Assembly: GCA_030704615.1 (NCBI GenBank)
Contig: CM060734.1
Coordinates: 39,866,001-39,930,000, forward strand
Length of the DNA stretch: 64,000 nt
Direction: 5' to 3'
From: Takakia lepidozioides
Taxonomy: Eukaryota > Plantae > Bryophyta
The first letter of the stretch is position 1; the number at the start of each line of letters is the position of its first letter. The notes beneath the pieces were generated by a model that saw only the letters and a list, made by a program, of their open reading frames with translations, was not told the DNA's origin and searched no databases. Positions 26,363 to 39,445 of this stretch are shown here, in pieces. A program made the position numbers and the translations under genes.

Positions 26363-27029
26363 GGTACGTTGTAAAGCTGATCCAGGTATTACATTTTTTT
26401 TTAAAAAAATAGAGAAAGGGGAGGAACTTCCCCTTTTTTTTTTCCTTCCCTTTAGAACTTTATTAATGATTATTGAAGGGTAAAAGGATATATTTGTAAT
26501 CGTTGATTGCAACTTCAGTCACTGTAGTTAGGGTTTCGTTCTTATTCTCCATCGTAATTATGTCTGCAATTATACAAGTGTATGACTTTCTGGTTGGAAA
26601 TAGAAACCTTTATTGATGAAGAGAGGGAATTTGTTTTTCGAAACCCTTCAAGCCATATGGCAAAAAACACATTGACCATATCGACACTTACTTGCTACTT
26701 CCCTTTCTTTTTCTTTCTTTTTTTCCCTTTTTAAAAAACTGAAATAAAAAATTACATTTGGGGGTCGTTAGTCGTTACTATCCGTATGAAATTGAAATAT
26801 AGGACACCCAAAAAAAGAAAAAAGAAAAAAACTTATTCATTTATTATAAGAAAGGGGATGAAGGTCAAGTTACCATCAACAACTGAAGTATATATATGTA
26901 ATGTTGCTGTTTTATATTTAGTCGCTATCTCGGTGGATGTCCTATTGTGGGGTTTCGTGGCCTTTGGATCTAGGGTTGGGACTAAATGAAAGGGGGTTGT
27001 TTTTTCCCCCTCCTCACATTTGAAGGGTC

Positions 27030-27279
27030 ACCAACAGTCAGTAGCTCAGTTGGTAAAGTGCGCTGAGTGCCATCTGGATGACCCTGGGGTCAAATCCTGC
27101 TACTTGACGGGTGTGTACGCTCTTCTCCCCCTTCCCTGCGCAGTGTCGCATCTGAAAGCCTCACGGCGAGGTTACTGAGAGGTTATTTTCTCCTCTCTCT
27201 ATCAAGGGGCCTGATTTGTGAGCTGTCGCTCCCAGGTGTGTTTCCCTTTTTGAAGAAAAAAGAAAAAAAAAGAAAAAAA
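27030..27279 (+). mobile_element. tRNA-derived SINE, copy 1
   Basis: A-box TAGCTCAGTTGG, B-box-like GGGTCAAATCC, A-rich tail, flanking direct repeat GAAGGGTC (27022-27029 and 27280-27287). Confidence 0.8.
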
Positions 27280-27317
27280 GAAGGGTCCCAAGTTTCCCTT
27301 TGAAAATAAAATTGAAA

Positions 27318-27540
27318 ACCAACAGTTGGTAGCTCAGTTGGAAAGTGCACTTAGTGCCACCCAGATGGTTCTGGGGTCAAATCCTGCTACGTTGATGGCT
27401 GTGGTATGTTCTGGGCGGTGTCCCATGCGTAAGCCTTCACGGCCAGGTTACTCTGAAAGAGGTTAATTTTTCCTCTCACTATAACTAAGGGGCCTGATTT
27501 GTGAGCTGTCGCTCTCCGGGTGTTTCCCTTTAAACAAAAA
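27318..27540 (+). mobile_element. tRNA-derived SINE, copy 2 (same family)
   Basis: Same A/B boxes and same 3' part (GGGGCCTGATTTGTGAGCTGTCGCTC...GTGTTTCCCTTT) as copy 1, moderately diverged. Confidence 0.78.
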
Positions 27541-28363
27541 TGAAATAATAATATAGGCCTCAAGGTTATTCTTTCTTTCTTTTTTTCTTTTCTTTTTTTT
27601 TTCTCTTAAAAAGAATAAGAAGACGTACTGGGGATCGATCATTGGATTCCAGGGGGCCCTGATTTGGGATTATTCGATTATTCGTCGGAAAATTTTAAAA
27701 CCCATAAACAAGTCGAACAAAAAGATTTTCAGGGTTTTCAAATTAAGTAATAATTTGTGACGCACTGTTGCGCTGTTTGTTGATACTCGCCACTGCCTTT
27801 TTGGAGGTTGCGATGAAGTTAAGAAATGGAATCAATCCGAGGATGTCAGATGTGGACGGACTACACGAGATTTGTCTGCGGGCCCAGCGATCAACTGGAG
27901 CCTGTGCTCTACAATCCACTTTGAATCTGGAACAATCAACTGCATTTTCCAGATCTTACTCTGAAGAGAGCTAGCAACTTCAATGTGCTTGAATGTTGTG
28001 TGGATATAACGTCTAGCAGTGTGGAGTTTAGAATCTATCATGGAGGTGTAATCAACAGAGCAAGAAGAAAGAAAGAGCTTCTTCCAAGTCCAAGAAGGAC
28101 GTCTTGTAGAAGGACAGGGCCTGTGAGATTTTGATTTTCTGGTAGATGGAGGATGGGTACATCAAGTAGCTGTAGACCTTGTAAGCTGAGATGTAGGATT
28201 AATAGACTGAAGTCAGATACCAAAATTTTGAGGAAGGCGGGGAAGGAATGCAGAAACACTATTGCAGCAGAAGGATTCCATCTTACACAGTTTATGTCCA
28301 GTTCGTCATAACATAGGAATATCATTTTTCTCTTTGGCCAGACTTTACTCTATACAAGGAAAG

Positions 28364-30324
28364 ATGGATCGGCTGCTACAGGTAGAAGAGAGTGAGGTCA
28401 TTATTGACTATGACATCGGATCGTCATCTCGGACAGTACTTCATTTGAAGAATTTGATGCACACTATGCATGTTGCATTCAAAGTGCAGACCACATCTCC
28501 CGACAATTTTTCTGTGAAACCTCCTAATGGATTCATCCCACCGTTGGGGGAATATGTAGTCGAAATAGTTTTAAAGCCACAAAACAATCTACCAGAGCAG
28601 TTTCCAAAAAGTAAGGACAAATTTTTCATCAAGTCGGCTCTAGCTCCCGGTGGCAGCCTCACGGAGCGCGTGCCAAATGAATGGTTCGCATCTCGTAAGA
28701 AGCAAGTGTTTTTGGATGCAAAGCTTCGGGTGGTGTATACAGGAAGTTTAGTTCTCCGTCATTTGGTTGCCAAAGGCGCCATCGAGCATGTCAAATTTGT
28801 TCTTCAAAGAAATCAATCCTCTTGCAATAGCGGCGATGATAATGGCAGGTACATTTAAGAAGTTGGGGCTGTCATTCTACTTCCTTTATATTATAACACC
28901 AAATGCTTGATTCTAATTGCTAGAGCTTCTTGCTGACGATGAGGAGAGGTGGAAATATCCATGCATGATACCATCATATCTACACGCAAAATCTATGAAT
29001 TATTCTACTTTCGAATTGATCATAGTGGGTTTTTAACATTAATGTTCCTTATGTTCTATACGCAGAACGGCGCTACACATCGCAGCTGCCAGTGGAAATG
29101 TGGAAATGGTGAATATCCTCTTGGAAGCTGAAGCTAAAGTGGATCTAGTTAGCAAATCGGGCCAAACTCCCCTCCTTGAGGCAGCGTATATGGGCCACCT
29201 AGACATTGCAACGGCTCTTTTGGATAGAGGGGCGAACACAGAAGCACAAAACCCCTTAGGCTGGACCGCTCTTCACTTAGCAGCATCATGGAATCATTTG
29301 GAATTACTATCTCTCCTTCTGGAGCGGGGCGCCTATGTGGATGCGCGCGATCAAGAATCTCGTACAGCGCTGCACTCTGCCTCTAGCGAAGGCCATGTAG
29401 ATTGTGCAAAAGCTTTGCTACAAGCTGGAGCGGACAAGGATGCTTGCAGCATAGACGGACGAACTGCGCTTTTCAGGGCAACAGCCAAGGGAGATTGTGC
29501 AATGGTAGAACTACTACTGGAATGCGGTGCAAACAAGCACATTAAGACGGTGCAAGGGCAGACAGCCTATGATGTGGCTGTAGAGAAGAGCAATGTAAGT
29601 TGTTTTTCTAACTTAGCTTATAAGATCATTTGGCTCAATTTGTTTTGAGAGTCCGACGGGGTAAATGCATTTTGAATCTAATCTACTTGCATCGACAGAC
29701 AAGAGGATGTCTTGAAACGATCATGACACTTATATTTTCCGTGATTTTGCCATGTGGATGTAGGTTCTCCTGCAGAATATCCTTCAGATCGGGGATACAC
29801 TGTTGAGTGCCGCTCGTAAAGGGCAAGTTGAGGTAGTACGAAGTTGTTTGGACAGAGGTGCAAATGTAAACGTTTGCGATCAATATGGATGGACTCCCCT
29901 ACATATTGCAGCCTTCAAAGGGCATACCGACGTTGTGACGTTGTTGATCGAGCATGGCGCCTTTGTGAATTGCATAGACAAAGAGGGCTATACATCATTA
30001 CATACGGCTGTTTTGACCGGCCATAAGGAGGTGGTGGAGCTATTGATGAACAAAGGGGGCGACTTAGATGCCAAAAGTCTTCGCGGAACAACACCTGTGG
30101 CCATTGCTACCTCCCTCCAATATCCTGGCATTCTACGGCTACTCCTGAAGAAAGATGCATCTGAAAAAAGTTCTACAGTGCCTGCTAATCTGTCCGTCTC
30201 TTTGGCATCTGCACTGTCCGATTCCTTCAAACCCAACTTACAAGCTCTTAGCTCTTTACCACCCTCGACATTTTCTGGGGATCAGTTTCTACAAGAAAAG
30301 GGAAGCCTTGTATTTGCTCAATAG
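28364..30324 (+). CDS. VPY: VAPYRIN (MSP/VAP domain + ankyrin repeats); exons 28364-28848, 29066-29594, 29764-30324; 524 aa
   Basis: MDRLL start; LKNLMHTMHVAFKVQ...KP..G.I.PL...VPNEWFASRKKQVFLD MSP domain; many G.T.LH.AA ankyrin repeats. The GT-AG introns give a continuous frame. Confidence 0.9.
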
Positions 30325-30889
30325 GCTCCACCTTCTGTTTACTCAGTTCTAGGAGTTCAATCAACTTACCAAAAATAATTTTCGCTAGCGAGTTAGTGGT
30401 GGAAGTCGATGTATATGCTCCGACACTGGGATTATATGCACCGACTTGGTCCTCAGCCGGCATAGGATATACCACCTTTCGTAGATCCCATGTGGTTTTG
30501 TCTATGAGCAGATATCATTTTCGTGCGACATTCATTCTTTGAACATTTAACCAGACTAGAATAAAAGTCTGCTGTAAGAGAGTGCTCAATGCCATACTGA
30601 GATCCACTGTGTAGTCTGTATACTGGTGTGCAGCCGCAAATATTGTAAAGGGATGCACATACATCAATTTTCAAATAGATCTGCAGCTTAGTAACAAACA
30701 ATCATCTAGTACTAAACTAGAATGGTTTCGTCAGTTCGTGTACTTCCCATAAGCCTTAAGAATGTCGTTCGAAGTTCCGCCCAACGATCAGTTCTAGATT
30801 GTTTGCAACAGTGTCGACATCGTTGTACAAACAACCCCTCTCCGTCTGTCCGCACATTGTGTGCCCAACTACCCTCTGTAGGTCCTGAC

Positions 30890-31492
30890 CAGTGTTGGAC
30901 CGGTATACATGGTTGAACCTAGGTATGGAATATAGGTATGAGTATGTGTATTGAAAAACATACCAAGTCGGGTATGAATGAACCAATGTACTCTGGTGAT
31001 CACGTACTGGGGACAGTATGTCTTTAGGTTTCCACCCACACATACCAGACCGGTCTGGGTATACGGAGGCATACCATGGTCCCGATACCAGTATTGCAGT
31101 GAGTTCATGGCGAATAGAGGGGTGTAATCTGTACTACAATTTTGTTAATTCAAGGCTCCCTGCTGCAATTCAGACTTCATTGGCTGTTTTGTGGTACTTG
31201 GGTTATCTTTTGCCTAGTGTTTCACAGTTTAGATTACAAATAGCTATGTGCTAAATGACATTTATTTGTATGTATGGTGGGTTGTAGACATACCATACCA
31301 GTGCTCATATACCCCCAATCTCACTAAAGAGACAGGACAATACCAGTACCATACTCATATGCAGCCCAAAATACAACTACTCATATCAGATTCATACCCA
31401 AGTTGCTCATACCTGTATAGATACCCAGCCTTGGTATGGAAAAAGGGGTGGGACCCTTCATACCAGGACCAGTCTGGTATTGTCCAACACTG
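30890..31492. mobile_element. hAT-type MITE (603 bp)
   Basis: 11-bp TIR CAGTGTTGGAC/GTCCAACACTG; 8-bp TSD GTCCTGAC/ATCCTGAC (7/8 match); second copy at 57491. Confidence 0.88.
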
Positions 31493-33583
31493 ATCCTGAC
31501 AAGATTTGGGAAAAATCAGGGCAGATCCACCTATTCTTATACAGATAATTTATTCCATTTTTGTTCACACATACGGTTAACGGTATGCACATATTAAAAA
31601 TAATCTTAGCTATTTATATTCTCTCTGACCTCTGTTCATAACATACCACGTGCATTTAACCTAAATTGCTATGGATGACATAAACCATCTTCATCGTGAT
31701 TCGTCATCCTACAATATCACTCTCGTTTGTAGCACAAGTCTGCACTTGCAGAATCTTTCTTATTTGCAGCAGATCACATTGGTACATAAGTACCTGCGTT
31801 GAAGTCCAGTGGGAGCTGAGCGCGAGAGCCTGGAGCATGCACGGGAAAGAAAGAGGCAGAGGTTTAGGGTTTGACAGAAAAGAAAAAAAAACAGCTTGCA
31901 GTGACTCGGTGAGCCTCCCCTACGTGAACTTATTAAGGTTACTAATAAAATTTACCGGTAATTAGTACCTTTTAGCCTCTCCTCCTAACTTATGAATAAG
32001 ATTACCAAAAACTACAAGTAATTTGTACCTTTCTTTTGACAGGCTGTTTTTTCCTGGCCTGTCACTGTGACAGGCATTTTTTGTCCCATTGCATTTCTTT
32101 TGACAGACAGTTTTTTGTTTTGCCTTTTTTTGCATGTCAAATTTGTTGTGACAAGTGCAAAAAGTAGCCTTGCTGCTGGGAGGGGCCAGGGCGGGCGCGG
32201 TGGGGTGCGTGTGAAATAAAGACGCATTAGATTAACGTTTTGCAAAGCTTTAAACAAAGCAGAGTGAAGAACAAAGTCAGTTACTTGTCTTCTTGCAGAG
32301 ACCCAAATAACAACTCGTCACCTCAAGGCCATGCATTTTGGTGTGACATGGATCAGATATGCTTGATTCATACTCCTTTCGTTCCTGGAGATTGTATTTT
32401 TGACCATGCAAAAGATGAGTTGTATTCAAAAATACATCTTAGATTCTAGGCTTATGCAAGAAAATAGGTTTTAAAAGAGTGGGAATGGTCTAGTTGACAG
32501 GTTAAAGATAAAGGGCCACAAAAGGGAGCATGGGTGGAGGTAACCACCTTCTTGAAAGAGGCACTTAGTGGAGTTGTAGGTAATGAAATTCCATGAACTT
32601 TCCAACGTGTTTGTCTCTCGTGCCAGAGTATTCTCCTTGCTGATATCGGCTGACATGAATGCATATAGAAACAAAATGTTTCTTTACTTTTTTAAGTAGT
32701 AACTAAAGCGCAGAGAGAGAGAGAGAGAGAGTCCAACTTCTTTAGTATAGAATGTTTAAGAGTTCCTTTCAAGAGTACCCCCAGGAAAATGTACCCCGAG
32801 GTGGACATGGGTAGCTCACATTTTTTTCATAACCCACATGTAGACCTGATCTGGAGTTTTGGGCACTCGCCAAATTAAGGTGATGCCCTCTCTTTTGCCG
32901 CAAATTTAAAAACTTATCAAACATTCATTTTGAATTACTAGCCTGATGGTTATGATTGTGGAGGTCAGTTGTTAGGCCTAATGGATGCGCAAGCGTTCAT
33001 CCCACCATAGACTGTCTTCACACAGAGACCCCATGAAACTGGGCTCTAGATACAACTAACCATAAAAGCAACAACTCATCACCTTCTAACACTGCCCTCC
33101 CCCCTATACGAATTGCACTGGCCATCTTCATCAGCTTCACCCTATTTATCAGGAGATGAAATGTAGCTTTGCGGATGAGCTGTTTGTGCAGCTTACTTAC
33201 CAAAGGAATCACGTTGAATAGGATCCATTGGCAATGCACCAAGTGCTCGAGTGAATAAGAATGGAGAGCTCTCTCAATCATCTCGAGTCTTTGATAACAA
33301 TTATTATCTTGGTCATTGGTAGCAAGCAACCAATTCTATGTTGAACTCCTGTTGGTCTGAAAACTGAGTTGGGTTCACTTGGATACTTCTTCAGATGGGG
33401 TCAACTGGCTTTAGAAAGATCTTTCAAGAATGTTTCTTCATGGGTTCACTGTTCTAGTTTTTTTGGGGGGGAGGGTGGGTGTTATATTGGTCAACAAATT
33501 CTCGAACAGAAACACATAACATGCACTTTCTGGCCTGAAGCACTAGGATTTAGTTCACATTTTTTGCATCACCCATACATTTA

Positions 33584-33879
33584 GAAGGGGGATTGCTAAA
33601 CCGTGAGCAGATTCCGTGAGCAGAAAATTCCTTGAGCAGAATTCTGCTCACGGATCTGCATGTGCTCACCTATAACCGCGGACACCTATTCGGCCCAGAG
33701 GACCTATTACTGCGGGTTCTGTCAAGTATATCATGCATACGTCATTCATCGTTATGGATGAACAATGGATGAATGGGGGATGAAAGGATGTTCGACGAAT
33801 GGTACATGGATGAATGTAGTTTCTAGATGAATGCAAAACTAAGATGCATTTTTCAGTAGTGGTTGCTAAATCCCCCTTC
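33584..33879. mobile_element. Small TIR element, possibly MULE-derived
   Basis: GAAGGGGGATT...AATCCCCCTTC inverted ends, subterminal TGAGCAG repeats, internal GGATGAA repeats. No TSD. Confidence 0.45.
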
Positions 33880-34393
33880 CTCTAGAGTGAACTTCTGCCC
33901 ACTGGTGAGGGTTGTGATTGTCCTTTCATCAACAATCAGAAGTCGACATAGTTGCTGACACACATTTGCAAAGAAGGTGGAGAGGCCATTTGGTGCTTCA
34001 AAGGAAATTAATAAGTAAAGATTCATTCCGACGAAGAATATTCTGTGCTACTGGAGTCGGCGTCCAAAACGAAGGCATAACTGTCTATGAAGACACTAGC
34101 CTTTGCTTTGAACAAAACCCTCTCTGTTTAAAAGCAAACTGGGGGGAGAAGAGAGGAGACTAAATTCCGAAGCTGCAGCCTCCGCATAACATGGCAATTT
34201 AAAATCTGCTTTCGGCCTTGGGAAAAATTGCGGGTTTGCAAAGAAAGGGAGGAACCGTGGCGACCTTGGGCTCCTGTACACACAAACAAACAATGTAAGT
34301 CCATATACATTCAGCTGGCCCAACTTGTGCAGGAAAGATGGAAATGGAAGGATGCGTCGTCGTGTCAGTGAATTGCCACAACTGAACTAGCAC

Positions 34394-35470
34394 TTACTCA
34401 CATGAGAAATCGGAATCAACATCCAGAACATCGGGCTCTTGCAGATCCGATTCCACAACAATGTTCTCAGTCTGGGTCAAATGCGATGAACCCCCAAACA
34501 GAGGTGCGATGACTTGAGAGTAGAGCTGCTCGTCCCCCTCCATTCCGAAAAAATGTCTGCCTGCATACTTGCATGCATGGAAGGAAGCCCCTGCAACAGT
34601 GCAATGGATCCACGAAACAAAGTAAGAAGCACAATCTGAAGGCAAAGAAGTGCACCCAAGAAATGGAATTTGATTGGGCACCAACCTGTTCCCATGGATA
34701 GGTCCACCACTTTCCCACCATGCCGGCTGCATGTCTCAATCAAAGTCTGCATGAAAGCGGGTGACTTCTCTCAAGCATGGAATGCCACCAGTTTTTTTTC
34801 AATGTCTGGGAGGAGTCCACATAGTTGTGGATAACATCGGATTCCACAGGGTCGCATTCCGGGTCTATGTGAACAGTGGACATTGATGCGGAGGAGAACC
34901 CGAAATACGAGTGAGTGCAAACATTGTAAGTTTGCAAAGCCTTCAGGATCATTTTTGTCAAACGAATTTCCCGACTGTGGTTCTCATTAGTCTCGTTGAT
35001 GATTGTCATGTGCAGGATTGCAGGGTCCGGGTCGAAACATGTAGGGCCTACACTTCCTGCCAGGAAGAATGTCCCGTTCTTTGCGAGGGCCGACTTCATG
35101 ACGAGCCCGGTGAGGGACTACTCCCTTCCTAGTTATGCAGCTAAACTCGCAAATACAGCGATTAGAAGAAGTGAGAATCCCAGTAAAGTAGAGCAGATTT
35201 TGGAGAGGGCTAGGGAGGACAGAAGGATAAGGAAAGAGTTGGCAGCAGCTCAGACAAGTAGACGGGTACGAAAGTACATATGTGATTCAGCGGATGAGAG
35301 CGACGCAGACAGGGAGGAAGACGACCCAACGGAGGTGAGATGGACAGTTCCGCAAGGGGAAGATGAGATTTTCGAAAGCCTGGCCAACGAGTAGTCCGCT
35401 GGAGATGAGAAAGGCACTGAGGGGGTGGAGGCGGAGCAGGACAGTCTAGAACAGGATGAGGATTCGGATG
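34394..35470. pseudogene. Rearranged relic of a second ParB/MTase-type accessory gene (MTase exons on -, terminal exon on +)
   Basis: Minus strand: (KSPAF)MQTLIETCSRHGGKVVDLSMGTG/ASFHACKYAGRHFFGMEGD, with an intron at the same position as at 17458. Plus strand: LPSYA...AIRR...RVRKYICDSADES...RWTVPQGEDEIFE matches ~18060-18310. Confidence 0.8.
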
Positions 35471-35621
35471 ATTTTCAAGATTAATAGAATTTTAATGAAG
35501 TCTCTGTAAATGTAAATTCTCTTCCAGAGTATATAAAGGAAATTCTGCCCGACATTCGTGACCCCTCTCCAGTGTGCATTCCAGCCACACAATCGCCCAA
35601 ACCACGACGCTCCCAAAATCA

Positions 35622-35960
35622 GAAATGGGGCACCGCATTTCCAAAATTTTGGCAACTCTAAGAACCTCTTTTGGAAATGCGGCACCGCATTTCCAAAACA
35701 GGGGAGGGACTAAATTTTCCATTTCAATGTTGGGAAGTAATCGGCCGATTGGAAATGCGGTGCCGCATTTCCAAAATTTCCTTTGTCCACACGCCCCCGC
35801 TCATTGCATGGATGCCACCACGCTTACAGAGGTCGGACAAGGAGGTCGAACAAAGAGGTCGAGATGGCGGAATTGAAAATGCGGTGCCGCATTTCCATAT
35901 TGGGGATGGTCGTTGTTCGAACTGCAGGCCCATCAGCAAAAATTGGCACCGCATTCCATT
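35622..35960. repeat. Variant palindrome cluster GAAATGCGG(CA/TG)CCGCATTTC
   Basis: Five copies starting at ~35622, 35674, 35752, 35876 and 35938. Confidence 0.85.
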
Positions 35961-35967
35961 GTAAAAA

Positions 35968-36516
35968 CAATTTTTGGAATACCCTTTTGAGGTGCTCCAG
36001 GTGCTCCTCCTTTGTTTTCGAATACACCAAGATGTCGTCGATGTACACGATCACAAAATCATCCAACCACTCCTGAAAAAGGTTGTCCGTTAGCGTGCTA
36101 AAGGTCGCGGGTGCATTGGTGAGCCCAAAAGGCATCACCAAAAACTCGTATGAACCATACCTTGTCCTGCACGCGGTCTTCTCCTCATCTCCTTCCGCCA
36201 CTCGAATTTGATGATAGCCGGAGCGCAGATCGATCCGGCTGAAATACTTCGCTCCTGCCAACCGATCGAAAAGGTCGTCGATCCTTGGCAAAGGGTACCG
36301 GTTTTTGATAGTCACCTTATTCAGAGCCGTGTAGTCGACACACATCCGCAGCGTCCCATCCTTTTTATCTGCAAATAGCACCGGGGCTCCGTAAGGTGAC
36401 TTACTCGGCCGGATGTACCCCTTTGACATTAGATCTTTGAGCTGAGTCTTCAGCTCGACCAACTCTCTGTGGCTCAACCGGTAGGGCGCCTTGGCAGGCG
36501 GTTCCGATCCCGGTAT
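35968..36516 (-). mobile_element. Inverted ~550-bp RT fragment of the chromovirus family at 1-5160
   Basis: Nearly identical to 793-1341 ([12 protein letters not shown]...HLKRVFQKL). Confidence 0.95.
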
Positions 36517-38749
36517 GGTCTTCTTCTGCCACTTGCACTTGATTATATCCACTGAAGCCATCCATGAATGAGTACATCTCATGGCCTGCCACAGTGTCCA
36601 ATACTGCTTCTGTGAATGGTAAAGGGAAAGGATCTTTCTTCGTACAAGCATTCAGCTTCTTGTAGTTCACACAAACTCTTAGTTTCCCATTCTTCTTAGG
36701 AACTATCACAATGGGTGACAACCAAGTCGTATACTCTATCGGGTATAGAAACTTAGCATCCGCCAACTTTTTGATCTCTTCTCCAACCTTCTGTGCATAG
36801 TTGGGATTCATTCTGTATCTTGCTTGTTTGATTGGTACTGAACCTGGTTCCAGTTCAATTTTATGTTGACAGATCTCAGGTGGTATCCCTTTCAGATCCT
36901 CATAGCCAAGCAAATACATCTCTGTATTTGATGAACAGACTCTTAGCTTCCTCAAAGAATTCTGGCTCCAAATCCGCCCCTACCTTCACCATCCTTGGTT
37001 TCTCCTCAGTTCCCACATTTACTTCTCTCACTTGGTCATTAGCTGTGATTGTCCAACCAGTCACTACTTCATCCTGTAAACTTATAGTGGTTGGTTCCTC
37101 TAGGATTTCCATCTCTCCCTCCTTTTCTTCATAGAAATGTGGTGGGTAACTGCTCGGTTCCCCCTCCATTGGTGTTGCTGTCACTACTCCACAACAGATA
37201 TTTTTTAAATAACTGAGGCCTTCCAATTGCATCTTTGCAACCTGCTCCCACTCTGGGTGTGCAGCGAACAAGGTAGCTTCCTGCTCCTCATCCAATCCTT
37301 CTTTCCAATCATACTCTCTGACTCCTCTTGGTCTTCTTGTAGCCGATAGTCTTTTAGATTTCTGAGTGGTGATTTGTATCTTGTGCAACCCATCCTGCAC
37401 AGTTAGTAACTGTGAATTCCAGTCATGGGATACCCTGGCCTGTTTCAGCCATGGTCGACCCAACAATAAGGAATAAGCTTCCATGACTTCATCCATTTTT
37501 AGTACAGTTACTGTGATATTAAAGATCATCTTTTGAATCTGTATCTTAACTCCTCTTATCAATCCCAATGGCTGAACACTCCTTTGATCTGCCATTGTTA
37601 CTGTAAATGGGGCTGGTTTCATGTTATTTAGACCAAGCTTCTGTCTCAATTGGTCTGTCATGATATTCACTCCAGAGCCTCCATCTATCAAAACATCAGT
37701 TAACTTTGTGCTTCCAATTCTCAATTGGATTACTGGCATAGAATCATCAAAGTCCATGACCGCTTCTTGCCCTTCTGGCTTCACATTATAACTGGTCACC
37801 TTGCTGTTCAGGCCTGTATTCTCTGTCACATGGGCAATCCTATTGATTGCTTGGTACAGCCTGTGTCTACAATAAGGTGCCACAGTCAATAGCTGTCCAA
37901 TGGTAATTTCCACTTTGGACTGGCATATCACTTCAGCTAAAGTCCCTTCCCTACCCTACACTTCTGCAGCTTCCTTCTTTCCTTCTTTCCTTCTTCCTCA
38001 CTGACTTCTTCTTCTCTTTTAGAGTCTGAGGAATCTGCCATGGGAATATCAGTACTCTTCTGCATTTCCCTTATGGTATCCGCCACTTCTTTATGCAGTT
38101 CTTTCTCATCTCTCCAAGCCTCATCATCTTCAGGCACATCACTGCCATCTTCATTATCATCCACTTCCTCTTCCACTGGAGGTATTAATTTGGCTTTGCT
38201 TCTGGTTACTATCATTGTACTTACTTCCGGTACAACACATGGCCTAACCATGTGGGCTGCCACTACTGGCCCCTCATTCACAGGAGCTCTCATCTCATTT
38301 TGGTGTCTGATCCAGAATGGACAAGCCGCCTTGCGATGTCCTGCCTGATTACAATAGTAACATAGTTCTTCTCCATTGGGTCCTCGCCCTTGGTCTGTTC
38401 TGGGATTATTTCTGTAATCCTGATTCCCTGGCTGGTAATTTCCCCTATAATTACCCTGATAGTTGCCTCTGGGATTTCCTTGGTAATTCCCTCTTGGATT
38501 ACCTCTCCTTTCCATGCCATTGTTATGACCACCAGACCTACCAAAGTGGTCCTGATCATTGTTTCTTCTTGGCTGGGGCTGCACTTGATGCACCCTTACT
38601 TGTCTAGGTTCTCTTGCTGCTATCCTTCTGTTGTAGTAACAATTCTCAGTAGAATGGTTATCCATTTTACAGATAGTGCAGTGTTTCTCCTTCATGTGGC
38701 ATTCAGTGGTGGTGTGGCCTTCATTCTGGCATTTTGCACACCAAACACC

Positions 38750-39445
38750 TGTCGTGCGCATACATATCGCTACACAACTACATCGCTGTCCAAAACCACA
38801 CAACACATGTGCACACCACACACTAGTATATCACTAGTCTACCACTAGTCCAGCCACTAGTCCAACCACTAGGCTACAACTAGTCAGTCACTAGGCTGCC
38901 ACTACGCTGCCCACTATGGCAGTCACTAGTCCACACAATGATAAAGAAGAAGAATACAAGCACAAGCTTATGCGAGCTCACAAAGCTGAAGCATAAACTC
39001 ATGCATATATAACCTCATCACTCAAATACAAGTCAAGCCAAGTGCACCCCACGCCATGGGGAATCCACACTACGGCGCCATAGCTAGGCGCGGTGAGGCT
39101 CAACTCGAGAAAGATGAGCCTCCCGCGCTTGCCGTGAAGATAACCACTCCAGGGCCTAAATCTGCCTTGACCCCTGGATTGACACTTGGGCCAATCCCAA
39201 ATGTCAATATGTAAAAGCTAGCTATTTCCTAGCTAGTTTCACACTAGTGGTAAAATAACTTGACAGCTGTCGTGCGCATACATATCGCTACACAACTACA
39301 TCGCTGTCCAAAACCACACAACACATGTGCACACCACACACTAGTATATCACTAGTCTACCACTAGTCCAGCCACTAGGCTACAACTAGTCAGTCACTAG
39401 GCTGCCACTACGCTGCCCACTATGGCAGTCACTAGTCCACACAAT
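38750..39445 (-). repeat. 3' terminal repeat block: B1 (39445-39268), GC, A2 (39265-38939), B2 (38939-38750)
   Basis: 38750-38939 equals 39268-39445 apart from a 12-bp indel. 38939-39265 equals 50337-50660 apart from a few indels and substitutions. Confidence 0.95.

Noticed and set aside
27030-27400. tRNA genes
   Set aside because: No proper cloverleaf or acceptor stem. The tRNA-like heads continue into a shared body with A-rich tails and a TSD, as in SINEs.
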